A stretch of 63,991 bases of DNA, filler included, from Octopus bimaculoides (GCF_001194135.2; 5 parts of 4 records of this genome joined end to end with filler, not necessarily neighbours in it); one strand, 5' to 3'. Numbered from the whole stretch's first letter, positions 36,131 to 48,450 are shown. Program-made: numbers and translations. The notes: generated from the letters alone by a model not told the origin.

Positions 36131-37264
36131 TTATGTTCAGTTATAATAATAAAAGCAATTTTGCATAAATCTGAAGGGTTACTCTATACATTTATCCGAC
36201 GATGACTTCAAAGTCACTATGTAGTGACTCGTGTTTATATGTTCTATCTAGGTATTCCGCTGAAGATAGCTGACATGGCAAAATATTTTTTTTATTTTGC
36301 TAAAATAGCTTGAAACCATGGTACGGAAAATAGATTGGTGAATGTTTTTATTTTTCATTCCCTTTCGAAATTATCCCTATTTTTGTGGTATAGAGTTTTT
36401 TGCTGCTCTTTCTAGCGGGTTAGATGTCCTATTATAGGCATCTCTGTATTTTAAATGAATAATATATAGTCTATTGACTAATTTTTATTCTCGCTAGACC
36501 ACTGGTGGTAATTAAAATTAAAAATTTTTTTTTTTGCTGCCCTATGATTTATTAATACATATATATNNNNNNNNNNNNNNNNNNNNNNNNNNNNNNNNNN
36601 NNNNNNNNNNNNNNNNNNNNNNNNNNNNNNNNNNNNNNNNNNNNNNNNNNNNNNNNNNNNNNNNNNNNNNNNNNNNNNNNNNNNNNNNNNNNNNNNNNNN
36701 NNNNNNNNNNNNNNNNNNNNNNNNNNNNNNNNNNNNNNNNNNNNNNNNNNNNNNNNNNNNNNNNNNNNNNNNNNNNNNNNNNNNNNNNNNNNNNNNNNNN
36801 NNNNNNNNNNNNNNNNNNNNNNNNNNNNNNNNNNNNNNNNNNNNNNNNNNNNNNNNNNNNNNNNNNNNNNNNNNNNNNNNNNNNNNNNNNNNNNNNNNNN
36901 NATATATTTATATATATATATACATATATACATACATATACATACATATACATACATATATATATATATACATACATATACATACATACTTGCATACATA
37001 TATACATGTATATAAACATGCATACGCATACACACACACATACACATATATATTAGAAATCAAAGCGAAATATCCATAAAATCACGCAGTGCTGTGTAAA
37101 TGGATTAAAGGAGTTCTTTGTCCGACAAAATAATGATAAATAAATAAATAGAAACAAAATCAAGGTAAATGAAAGTAGTCATAAACAGTCTAAAACAAAT
37201 TGGTAATTAAAGCTGAAACGTATTTAAGGATCACGTTGGAGTAAATGATATTTAAGTTTAGTAT

Positions 37265-37680
37265 GGATTAGTCGATACGATTGACCCTACTACATGACTC
37301 TAATTTATTTTATTGATCCCGAAACAATGAAAGGTAAAAGTAGACTTTGTTAGGATTTGAACTGAGGAGATTAAAAATCGGAGGTGAATGGGAGGATACC
37401 ACGAGGTATTTTTTCTGCTGCTTTAACAATTCTGCTAATCCACTGTCCTCAATGATAATAATGATGATCCATTCTACTACAGGTACAAGGTCTGAAGTTT
37501 AGTAAGTGGTGCACACTCGATTACATCGCTTAGTGTCCAACCGCTACATACTTCAGCGACCCCGAAAGTATGAAAGTCAACGTCGGTCTTGGAGGAATTT
37601 GAACTCAGAACGTAAACACGGACGAAATGCTGCTAAGCATTTTGCCCGGCGTGCTAGCGATTCTGACAGCCCATCTCCTT
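37265..37680 (-). mobile_element. Two tandem degenerate SINE family B copies
   Basis: Two repeats of gaccccgaaa..atgaaag..gatttgaact...gctaac(g/a)attctg at 37265-37450 and 37470-37680. Confidence 0.75.
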
Positions 37681-37779
37681 GTATATTACTTGCAGTAGCA
37701 CCGGTCGTTGATCGGGTGATTACTTGTACTGTTTCTCGGGATCCACATTCAAAGTATTATTATATATATAATTTACTCC

Positions 37780-38960
37780 TCTTGTGTGTGTGTGTGTGTG
37801 TATTTTTATAAGAGAAAAATATGAAAAATTTGAAGTAGAAAGAAAGACCAATTTCATACATGAACATCCCGTATGTGTGTATTTTATAAGAGAAAGACAT
37901 GTAATAATTGAAGTAGAAAAAAGATCGATTTCATTCTTGAATGTAGTGATAGTAACGGCAAATTCAGCTAATGAAATATTCATGTTGCATTAAGAGTGAA
38001 TATTTCTTTTTAAACAATATTTTTTGTTTTATTTTGGGGTAGATTTGCTTTTGCTCTCACGCGTGATGCTCCGACATAAAGTTAGCCATGTGAAAAACAT
38101 GGTTCTTAAAAACATGTAATAATTGAAGGAGAATTGAAATATTTAGTTGTAACGTGAATGAAGGTAGAAAAATAGCTATATCATGTAGAAGAATAGCGTT
38201 CGAGAATGCAGGTGACTGTGTGATGACACTGAAAAGGGCACAGGTCAAGTAGAACACCCATTTGTCACAGTTGCTTTTGACATTTGAATAGGCCGTATGC
38301 CCAAGGAGAATTGAAAGATTCAGTTTCGAATCTGAACCAGGATGAGACTACCCCTACAGATTTAGATTTATTCCTCCTGTATGTGTGTATTTATAAGAGA
38401 AAACATATAATAATTGAAGTAGAAAAAAGATCGATGTTATACACGTTAAGTTATTGAAGCATTCATGTTACATTAAGAGTGAATATTTCTTTATAAACAA
38501 TGTATTTTTGTTTCATTTCGGGGTGCACAAGCAAAATGATTTGTTTTTGCTCCCACATGAGATGCTCCTACATAAAGTTGGGTATGTAACAAGCATGGTT
38601 CTTCAAGTTGCAAACCAGCAACTCTTAGTGTTTGGCCCTGAGTTTTATTAATGCTCATGACAAAAGAAAATGGGATAGAAAACTGTAACCGCTTAAACTG
38701 GGTATTGGAGACGGTGTCACCTTTACCACAACCAGTAAAAATATTTGCCTCAATGCAGTTCCTCATAAGTTTGTGCAAAATTAGTGTTGTACCATTGCAT
38801 AATTTTTGTTGAAACAAATTAGGCAGCAGCATAATAGCTTCCCCTGAACCAGGTACTTTCATTTTGCTGGAGAAAGTAAGAGATAGAATCTCGATTTTAT
38901 ATTTATAGAAAAAGCATAAGAGCTTCTCCTGAAGCATTTACTTTCATTTTGCTGGACAAA
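37780..38960 (-). mobile_element. Helitron remnant: Pif1-helicase C-terminus with a duplicated 3' region
   Basis: GEAIMLLPNL...LCNGT...FKRLQF...FVMSINKTQGQTLRVAGLQLEEPC..H.QLYVGAS.V. A second EPCFSHG*LYVGASRV...KTKNIV copy lies at about 37990-38110. Confidence 0.85.
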
Positions 38961-39099
38961 CAATTAAACACACAGAATTTCTCTTTNNNNNNNNNNNNNN
39001 NNNNNNNNNNNNNNNNNNNNNNNNNNNNNNNNNNNNNNNNNNNNNNNNNNNNNNNNNNNNNNNNNNNNNNNNNNNNTATAACTTATAGTTATTAATAAT

Positions 39100-39318
39100 A
39101 TTGCTATCAAATTTGGGCACAAAACCACCAGCAATTTTGAGGGAAGATGTAAGTCGGTTACATCAACTGCAGTACTCAAGTGGTACTTAATTTATCGACA
39201 CAGAAAGGATGAAAGGTAAAGTCGGCCTCGGTGGGTTACCAAATCAGAACGTAAGGACTGACGAAATGCAGCTAAGCATTTTGCCCACCGTCCTAACGGT
39301 TCTCCCAGCTCGCCGTCT
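39100..39318 (-). mobile_element. SINE family B with (AAC/AAT)n at its 5' side
   Basis: Family B consensus followed on the + strand by aacaacaac...aataataat. Confidence 0.85.
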
Positions 39319-39599
39319 TAACAACAACAACAACAACAATAATAATAATAATAATAATAAGAAGAAGAATATTTTATATCTTAAATACGACCTGATTTTC
39401 CATAGATTCCTATATCGTAAATATGATGTAGTGTTTTATACTATAGATTTTTTTTTAAACTTTGAGATGTTGTTTATAAATTTCTATATCTTAGCTATGC
39501 TGGTTCCAACTTGTTGACGCTACTCTCAAAATTTTCATAAATTTCTATATCTTAGTTATGCTAGGTCCTCCCCAAAAATCTAGATTTCTATACATTGAC

Positions 39600-39990
39600 T
39601 TTTGGTGAGCTTACCTGCCTGCTTCCTCTTCGTCTCCTCTCCCTCTATTCCCTCCTCTTCCAATTGGTTCTCGGTGCTGCTGTAAGCATTCACACGATAG
39701 GATGGCCATTTAACAGTGTTCCCTTTGAGATGTTTACTCTTTTACTTGTTTCGAACCGGTAGCGCCCCCCCCCCGGTTGCATCGCCACGCCAAGGACATC
39801 TGGAAATTATCCATGATAGTTCCCGACCGGAAAGTCCTCCTGAACATACTAGCCAGTTCGTTCTCGTCGGCGCCCAGAGTTTCCCCGAGAACGTCATCGC
39901 ATTTCCCTGCCACTAATCCTCCATGAATTTTTTAAAGCGGAACATCTACCGATCCCATTGCCCGACTGGTAGAGGGTTGTGATTGTTATT
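39600..39990 (-). mobile_element. Possible second L1/Tx1-like ORF1 fragment
   Basis: GC-rich block reading KIHGGLVAGKCDDVLGETLGADENELASMFRRTFRSGTIM, followed by an acidic/basic tail. Resemblance is compositional only. Confidence 0.3.
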
Positions 39991-40038
39991 TCTAGCAACT
40001 CCTGTTGGTTTCTTTGTTCGTAGCTTTTAAATATTTAA

Positions 40039-41560
40039 CCCTTGGTCTACCAGAGAAAGTATATATCATTAATTACCAACTGGGTCCAATGGAGCCAATA
40101 TTTTTCTTTTAATTAAATTTTATTCAAACTACCACTATTTCTTATCTACAATATATGTGCTATCAGATAAATGAAGAATTTCTGTTTCTCACAAATTTTA
40201 ATAAGAAAATACAGGTTACAGAATATAAGTTTAAAAAATTACATAAGTACAGATTTACAACTCTTCATGGCAGTGAATGCAGACAACATTGGAATGGTTC
40301 TTGGAAAACGTGGATTTACAATTCTTACATGTAGTATGAGTTCTCCTGTCTTTTTTTGGGGGGCCACACAAAGAACATCTTCCGTTTTCCTTTGGCTGAA
40401 GAATCTCAAATGAAGTTGAAGATCGTCTTATTTTCTTGTTTGGTTGAAAAATGTTAGCAGTACTAAAAGATTGTTTGTCATATTCTCGTTTAACATTAAC
40501 TCCAGCAAGTTTCTTTCCTAACTGAATTAGGCACTGTCTTCTTTTATCCTTGAAACTTTGCATGTGAAGCTGTTTAGCAACAATGAAAGTATTCCCTGCA
40601 CTTATATCAATCATGTTGTAGAATATAACCATAGGCCATCTTCAAGTCATTCTTTTGCAAGTGTATGTCCTTACCATTTTATCTCAGGTATTTACTCCTC
40701 TTGTTTTGTTGTAGCATGTAATAACTTCTGGTTTCTGCTCAGCAATTTTTGTATCAATTGAAGACTGAGAGTGCATTGTACTAATAAGTGTGACAACATA
40801 ATCTTTCTTGGGACAATAAGTTAGGATCATAGAATCCTTTTGAAACCCAAATATTATGCTGTTGATTTCTTTCTTTTCCATTTGTGAAAGCATTTGGAAG
40901 TTCAAATCTAAAGTAGTTTTCGTGCTAAGCAGCTTTCGAACCAATCCTAGACTTGTAAAAAAATTGTCACAAGTTATATTGTGACCAGTATTTTCAAGTT
41001 CTTTTACTAGGTCTTCAACAACTCTTGAACCTTGATATGTCTGTCTCCCTTTTACTGGGTCTTTTCCAGTGTAGATTTTCACTATCGCATGTTGCCCAAA
41101 ATTTAATTCCATATTCCCAGGTTTTAAAGGAATATATACTCGGAATGGGCAGCTCCCTCTGAATGAAACTAATTGTTCATCAACTGTCATGCATAAACTT
41201 GGAACATATCCATCTTGCAAATTCCGAATCTACATTTCAAATACTTCTTTTATGAGCTCCAATTTATCATTTTATTGAATATTGGGCAGCCGTCTTTTTG
41301 ACTCAATAACTGTGTGACATGTTCATGTTTAGATTGATTGCCTCGAGGTTTGGGCCTTCAGCCAGGCCTTTTGCGACACCAAGAACTAGCCAGGAACTTT
41401 TCGGCACCCCACATATAGTACTTCCAGTGGATGTGACATTTCGTGAGCTTGTAGCTTCGGCTACAATGTTGATATTATAGATGTCAGAAACAGTGGAACG
41501 GTGATTTACGAACTGTAACGAGAAACAAAAAAAACGCATCAACAGGGATATAGTAGGGAT
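40039..41560 (-). mobile_element. piggyBac transposon with decayed transposase; one end intact
   Basis: TTAA|CCCTT at 40035-40043. Motifs MTVDEQLVSFRGSCPFRVYIPLKPG, NITCDNFFTS, YNKTRGV, and the C-terminal Cys-rich RCSLCGPPKKDRRTHTTCKNC...VVCIHC. Confidence 0.92.
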
Positions 41561-41850
41561 ATGTGGTGGGGAAAGACCGAAGTTGAGATTAAAAACAAAC
41601 ATTCATCAAATATGAAAGCAAAATTAATGATGGGATGATTGTAGCTGCCATTGGTTAGATAACATAGCTGTAACGATGGTAGGAGTAAAATAGACGTGGT
41701 GATATTCTCTAGTAGCGATATTACTGGAAGGTGTCTGGAATCGTTTTGATCTGTAGTAAATAAAGTGATTGTGTCGGCAATACAAACTCTATGTAAAATA
41801 TATATACGTATACATATAATCCCGCGAATAAACTCACAAATACGAGCACA

Positions 41851-41943
<93 letters not shown>

Positions 41944-42213
41944 ACACACACACACACATACACACACAAACATGCATATATACGTGCAGACTGCATCCTG
42001 AGTTATTTATTTTCAATCATTATATTATATTGTCAACCCAACTGATGTATGTGATTATGCAAGCAAATAATGGTTCTCTTGTTCCTAGTCTGGCAAGTAA
42101 CGGGAAAATCTTTTCTTGTCTGAGAAGGCTTAATAACCTCAAAAGATCTCCGGAGTAGACATCGTACCTGCCAACGGTCAGAATAAATTAATATTGATAT
42201 TAGCTCCGAAAGC

Positions 42214-43132
42214 GGCGAGCTGCCAGAAACGTTGTCACGTTGAGCTAAAATGCTTAGCGCCATTTTGTTCGTCTTCTCGTTCATAGTTCAAATTCTGCCA
42301 TGATTGACTTTGCCTTTCATCGTTTCGGGGTCGAGAAAAATAAGTATCACTTGAACACTGGGATCGATATTATAGACTTAGTCCTCTGCTCCGAATTTGC
42401 TGGCCTTGTGCCAAAATTTGAAATAAATATTAACTCTGAAAGGCAGCAAGCTGGCGGAATCGTTAGCATGCCGGGCAAAATACTTCGTAGCAGTTTGTTC
42501 GTCTTTACGTTCTGAGTTCAAAATCCGCCGAGGTCGACTTTGCCTTTCATCCCCCTGGGGTCAATAAAATAAATATCACTTGAGTAGTGGGGTCGGTGTA
42601 ATCAGCTTATCCCTCTTTCCAAAGCTGTTGGCCTAGTGCCAAAATAGAAACCAATGTTAATATTAGCTCTTTAGCTAATTAATATTTTCCTTTCAGTCAG
42701 GAGGCGAGCTGGCAGAATCGTTAGCACGTCGGGCGAAATGCTTAACGGTATTTCGTCTGCCGTTACGATTTGAGTTCAAATTCAGCCAAGGTTGACTTTG
42801 CCTTTCATCCTTTCGGGGTCGATAAATTAAGTACCAATTACGCACTCGTGTCGATGTAATTGACTTAATCCCTTTGTCTGTCCTTGTTTGTCCCCTCTAT
42901 GTTTAGCCCCTTGTGGGCAATAAAGAAGTAAGAAACGTTAACACGCTGGACGAAATGCTTAACGGTATTTCGTCTGCCGTTACGTTCTGAGTTCAAATTC
43001 CGCCGATGTCGACTTTTCCTTTCATCCTTTCAGGGTCAATAAATTAAGTACCAGTTGCGTACTGAGTTCGATCTAATCGACTGGCCCCTTCCCCCAAAAT
43101 TTTGGGCCTTGTACCTAGAGTAGAAAAATATA
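42214..43132 (+). mobile_element. Head-to-tail array of four SINE family B copies
   Basis: Units at about 42214-42430, 42441-42660, 42703-42930 and 42931-43132, with differing divergence and two different 3' ends. Confidence 0.9.
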
Positions 43133-44256
43133 TTTTCCTCTCAGTGCGTACTGAATTCTAATTAGAATTCATTGACGTTTCATTCTTCTCACTCCCACTT
43201 GCAAAGATTGGATTTAAATTTTAAATTACTTTTTACCTCTTTCAACAAGGTGAGCCGAAATCTTGATTTATTACATTTATTTTATCCATTACACTTGTTA
43301 TACTGCATTTGGTGTTAAGTAAAACTTGATATTTTATTTGGTAATTTTTCTCGGTCAATATTTTCCGTTGCTTACNNNNNNNNNNCATACAAATATATAT
43401 GTATATATGTGTGTATGTGTATTGTTTCAATGCGCAAAAATAACACTGAAAAAATAACTAAACAGTTACCATGGTAGCAAAAATTCACATAAGTGCCAAG
43501 GATGTTACAGCCTACTTATGAAGGTAGAAATTCCAGGGTTTAGTGAAATGTTTTTGAATGACTTAGATAAATTAAGAAATGGAGTTAAACGCAGGTGTTA
43601 TTAAAATCAATTTGGCAAAGAATCCAAACTAGATCGAAAACATCTCTAACATAGATGTATGTATGTATGTATGTATGTATGTATGTATGTATGTATGCAT
43701 GCATGCATGTATGTATGTATGCATATATANNNNNNNNNNNNNNNNNNNNNNNNNNNNNNNNNNNNNNNNNNNNNNNNNNNNNNNNNNNNNNNNNNNNNNN
43801 NNNNNNNNNNNNNNNNNNNNNNNNNNNNNNNNNNNNNNNNNNNNNNNNNNNNNNNNNNNNNNNNNNNNNNNNNNNNNNNNNNNNNNNNNNNNNNNNNNNN
43901 NNNNNNNNNNNNNNNNNNNNNNNNNNNNNNNNNNNNNNNNNNNNNNNNNNNNNNNNNNNNNNNNNNNNNNNNNNNNNNNNNNNNNNNNNNNNNNNNNNNN
44001 NNNNNNNNNNNNNNNNNNNNNNNNNNNNNNNNNNNNNNNNNNNNNNNNNNNNNNNNNNNNNNNNNNNNNNNNNNNNNNNNNNNNNNNNNNNNNNNNNNNN
44101 NNNNNNNNNNNNNNNNNNNNNNNNNNNNNNNNNNNNNNNNNNNNNNNATATATATATATACATACATACATATATATATATTTATATGTTAAATAAAATG
44201 AGACAACATTGCCAAAGGAGTGTGAAAATTTTAGGACATTTATAAACAGAAAGGTA

Positions 44257-44304
44257 GTCTTACAGCTGTTTCAGGCATATGAGGGATATCCCTTCATCAG
44301 AGAC
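44257..44304 (-). ncRNA. Minimal type I hammerhead ribozyme with intact core
   Basis: GUCU-CUGAUGA-AGGGAUAUCCCUCAUAUGCCU-GAAA-CAGCUGU-A/AGAC. Stem I is GUCU/AGAC, stem II is closed by A-U, stem III is the palindrome ACAGCUGU, and the triplet is GUA with predicted cleavage between 44261 and 44260. Confidence 0.85.
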
Positions 44305-44483
44305 GATATGAGTGAGTTAAATAGAGGGAAATAGTAGAGTTCAATATAAGAAGTTATTCTGGAAAGGAGGAGATATAGGAAATATAAAGTGAAATAGGAA
44401 GTATACTTCCTATATCCATCCGTTTCCAAAATAACTTCTTACGTTGAACTCTACTATTTCCCTCCAGTAAACTCTCTAATATC

Positions 44484-44531
44484 GTCTCTTATGAAGGGAT
44501 ATCCCTCCTATCCCTGAAACAGCTGTAAGAC
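44484..44531 (+). ncRNA. Minimal type I hammerhead motif with a G5U core mutation (probably inactive)
   Basis: GUCU-CUUAUGA-AGGGAUA(UCCCUCC)UAUCCCU-GAAA-CAGCUGU-A/AGAC, with a perfect 7-bp stem II. Confidence 0.75.
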
Positions 44532-44774
44532 AACCTTTCTATTTATAAATGTCCTAGAAATTTTACACTGCCTTGGCTTTGTTGTCACATTATATTTAAC
44601 ATATACACCCTCACACACGACCCACGTTAGACTCCTCACTCATACTATTATCGAACCGGGTGTATAACTACGGTCCTTCCGTAGCACTTACATAGCCTTA
44701 TCTGCCATTTTGGGTCTTCTGGATACCAAAACCTCTCATGTATATATTTATTTATATACACACACAAATATACA

Positions 44775-45130
44775 TATAATCTTTTATTGGTTTCAGTCAT
44801 TGACTGCGGCCATGCTAGAGCACCGCCTTTAGCCGAACAAATCGATCCCAGGACTTATGCTTTGTAAGCCTAGTACTTATCTTATCGGTCTCTTTTTTCG
44901 AACTGCTAAGTTACGGGGACGTAAAGACACCAGCATCGGTTGTCAAGCGATGGTAGCGGGACTAACACAGACACACAAATACACACACATACGCACGCAC
45001 ACGCACGCACACACACACACGCACGCACGCACGCGCACACACACACACACACAACTATACGACGGGCTTCTTTAGTTTCCGTCTACCAAGTCCACTCACA
45101 AGGCTTTGGTCGGCCCGAGGCTATAGTAGA
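44775..45130 (-). mobile_element. SINE family A (5' end lost in a gap)
   Basis: Colinear with 30510-30929; internal (CA/CG)n. Confidence 0.92.
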
Positions 45131-45751
45131 NNNNNNNNNNNNNNNNNNNNNNNNNNNNNNNNNNNNNNNNNNNNNNNNNNNNNNNNNNNNNNNNNNNNNN
45201 NNNNNNNNNNNNNNNNNNNNNNNNNNNNNNNNNNNNNNNNNNNNNNNNNNNNNNNNNNNNNNNNNNNNNNNNNNNNNNNNNNNNNNNNNNNNNNNNNNNN
45301 NNNNNNNNNNNNNNNNNNNNNNNNNNNNNNNNNNNNNNNNNNNNNNNNNNNNNNNNNNNNNNNNNNNNNNNNNNNNNNNNNNNNNNNNNNNNNNNNNNNN
45401 NNNNNNNNNNNNNNNNNNNNNNNNNNNNNNNNNNNNNNNNNNNNNNNNNNNNNNNNNNNNNNNNNNNNNNNNNNNNNNNNNNNNNNNNNNNNNNNNNNNN
45501 NNNNNNNNNNNNNNNNNNNNNNNNNNNNNNNNNNNNNNNNNNNNNNNNNNNNNNNNNNNNNNNNNNNNNNNNNNNNNNNNNNNNNNNNNNNNNNNNNNNN
45601 NNNNNNNNNNNNNNNNNNNNNNNNNNNNNNNNNNNNNNNNNNNNNNNNNNNNNNNNNNNNNNNNNNNNNNNNNNNNNNNNNNNNNNNNNNNNNNNNNNNN
45701 NNNNNNNNNNNNNNNNNNNNNNNNNNNNNNNNNNNNNNNNNNNNNNNNNNN

Positions 45752-45786
<35 letters not shown>

Positions 45787-46191
45787 TAGATAGATACATA
45801 GATATAAATATGTCTACATACGTACACACACACAAGATATCATAGCACAACTTACACAGTAGACCTACTGCATACTACACACATACACACATTAAAACGA
45901 TTAATAAGATAACAATCAAATAGCATATGTACTCATATATGATTACACCCAGTATTATAAGATATTTCATGTATCACGAACGAATCACGACGCAGCCCTT
46001 CTATTATACAGTTGCCGCCCAGTCATAGCAAGCATTCAATAAATACATCCACGTTTAAGCAACACGCACTCTACCGAGAGCGGCGCCCACTCTTTTAGTA
46101 TCACAAACGTGTTTCGTGCAAGATAATTTTTTCCCCACACTGCATAACAAAACACCGTAAAGAACATAGTTTAAGTGTTACATATGTATGT

Positions 46192-46570
46192 GGAGGCGCA
46201 ATGTCCCAGTGGTTAGGGCAGCGGACTCGCGATCGTAGGATCGCGGTTTCGATTCCCAAACCGAGCGTTGTGAGTGTTTATTGAGCGAAAACACCTAAAG
46301 CTCCGCGTGGTTCCGGCAAGGCGTGGTGGCGAAACCTGTTGTACTTTCTCACCACAACTTTCTCTCACTCTTTCTTCCTGTTTCTGTTGTACCTGTATTT
46401 CAAAGGGCCAGCCTTGTCACACTCTGTGTCACGCTGAATCTCCCCCAAGAGCTACGTTAAGGGTACACGTGTCTGTGGAGTGCTCAGCCACTTGCACGTT
46501 AATTTCAAGAGCAGGCTGTTCCGTTGATCGGATCAACTGGAACCCTCGTCGTTGTAACTGACGGAGTGCT
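46192..46570 (+). mobile_element. SINE family C (tRNA-Arg-like head, tail shared with family D)
   Basis: GGAGGCGCAATGTCCCAGTGGTTAGGGCAGCGGACTCGCGATCGTAGGATCGCGGTTTCGATTCCC carries boxes A and B. The tail matches 15428-15571. Confidence 0.8.
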
Positions 46571-46589
46571 ACGCATTACATATATAAGG

Positions 46590-46870
46590 TATGTGGCCAA
46601 GTGGTTAGGTTATCGCATTCACGGAAGATTGATCACTGGTTCGATTCATGGACAGGGCGACACGTTCTGTTCTTGGGCTAAACATTTCATTTCACGTTAT
46701 TCCAGTCGACTCAGTTACTCCCTGTGACGAAAAAGCTTTCTGATCAGTAGGTATGTTGACCTGCTCTCCTAGCAAGCGAGGTGGTGTCATTCAAAAGCTA
46801 AAACAGTGTGAAAGGCATTGTGACTAGCTATGCATAACGTCCGATAATCTGGTTGATACGGTGATATAAT
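46590..46870 (+). mobile_element. Degenerate SINE family D copy with a different 3' part
   Basis: gtggccaagtggttagg...ggttcgattc...ttcttgggctaaacatttcatttcacgttattccagtcgactcag matches 15300-15420. Confidence 0.6.
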
Positions 46871-46914
46871 GCATATATAATACAATACTAGACTGACACC
46901 GGTAGACAATGAAA

Positions 46915-47010
46915 TGCGAAAGGATAAGTCAATCTCGGCAGAATTTGAACTAGGACGTAATGGCCCTAAGTATTTTGCCCAGTGTGATAACAATTGTGGA
47001 AGCTCGCTGC
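46915..47010 (-). mobile_element. SINE family B fragment
   Basis: gaaaggataagtcaatctcggcagaatttgaact...gctcgctgcc. Confidence 0.65.
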
Positions 47011-47829
47011 CTTTCGGAGCAAATATCAATATTAATTTATTCTGATCGTTGACAAGTACAATGTCTACTCCGGATATCTTTTGATGCTATTAAACCTTCT
47101 CAGACAAGAAAAGGCTTTCCTGTTACTTGCCAGACTAGTGACAAGAGAATCACTATTTGCTTGCATAATCCACATACATCAGTTGCGATGACTGTATGAT
47201 ATAATGATTGAAAAGAAATAACTGAGGATGAAATCTGAACGTATAATATGCATATTTGTATGCGTATGTGTGCTCGGTATTCGTGTTTCAGCCTAAGGAA
47301 GCCATTAGCTTGTTAAAATACTGGTGACCCAGTATCATTTGTGCCAGTTTTTCCAGATATTCTTGTTGTGAAAGGGAGACGTTGTCCTCCTGTGACGTGC
47401 GCAACAAGGAATAGCATATTTGTGATAGAATATGCCGGAACTTATTTAGAACAAATGTGCAAATAATTTTGTATGTCCAGAAGACAATGATGCACAAGGC
47501 TCAAAAGCATTGAGATGCACCTGGTAGTGCAACGGAATCCTACAGGAAACTAATTTAAATACGATGCTGCTGTAAGACTCCAATGGGGTGAAAGGGAAAT
47601 TCTGAGCTTGGTAAGATTTGAACACAAAACGGTCAGAACCGAAAGAAATATCGCACATTGCTCAGTGTTTACGATGCTGCACTCTGGTAATACTAAATCT
47701 TGTAAAACTAATGGTAATTACTAACACAGCTGTTCGCTTTGCAGCCGCGTGGTTTTGGGTTCAGTTCAACCGCGAGACACCTTGGGCAATATCTTCTACC
47801 ATAACCAAGTATCCGTAGAGTATATACAG

Positions 47830-47909
47830 AAGAGTTTTAACACGAGAAGATGGAATGAACGGATTTTTGATAAACCTCGTTCATTCCATCTTCTCGTGTT
47901 AAAATTCTT
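47830..47909. repeat. 32-bp inverted repeat with a 16-nt loop (80-nt hairpin)
   Basis: aagagttttaacacgagaagatggaatgaacg and cgttcattccatcttctcgtgttaaaattctt differ at one position, which would be a G-U pair in + strand RNA. Confidence 0.95.
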
Positions 47910-48037
47910 ATACATATATATATATATATATATATATANNNNNNNNNNNNNNNNNNNNNNNNNNNNNNNNNNNNNNNNNNNNTTAATTAATTAANNNNNN
48001 NNNNNNNNNNNNNNNNNNNNNNNNNNNNNNNNNNNNN

Positions 48038-48450
48038 NTGATGCGTACACAGCACTAGAGCAGAAGAAAACGACATAACATGATATGTAAAAAATGCAAC
48101 AGAACCGCTATTATTGGAAGTAAGACGGATAGGCTTGTGTAGGATGAAAGATTGCAAAGATGAAGCAATGTACAAGCAATTGAAAACGAATAAAACTGAA
48201 AATAGGTGGGTAAAGAAAAGAATGCATGGACAGTGGGTGACTAAAAGTGATTTAAAACCGGAAACGGTGGTTCTAATCTGTGCTGCCCAAGAGCAAGCAC
48301 TAAGAACAAACTACATAAAATACAGAACAGACAACACATCAGAAAGTGATAAGTGCAGAATCTGTGGACAAACGGTGAAACCGTATGGCATATTACCAGC
48401 GAATGTACGCCACTAGACCAGAAGGAATATAAGAGACGCCACAACAATAT
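48038..48450 (+). mobile_element. R4/Dong-type LINE fragment
   Basis: RAEEND...YVKNATEPLLLEVRR...KTENRWVKKRMHGQ/WVTKSDLKPETVVLICAAQEQALRTNYIK...SDKCRICGQ...EYKRRHNNI. Same subfamily as 28807-29021. Confidence 0.85.

Larger units (their letters stand above)
44183..44605. mobile_element. About 420-bp spacer-less palindromic (foldback) element with one hammerhead motif per arm (family H1)
   Basis: The arms 44183-44403 and 44404-44605 align as inverted repeats end to end, around the centre aggaagtatacttcct. One 19-bp indel and scattered substitutions. No ORF. Confidence 0.92.

Noticed and set aside
46192-46262. tRNA-Arg-like sequence
   Set aside because: No proper acceptor stem, and it continues into a SINE body. 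It is a SINE head, not a tRNA gene. The same applies to the other SINE heads.
47288-47500. Open frames on both strands (e.g. FRHILSQICYSLLRTSQED...)
   Set aside because: No strong splice pair and no recognisable family.
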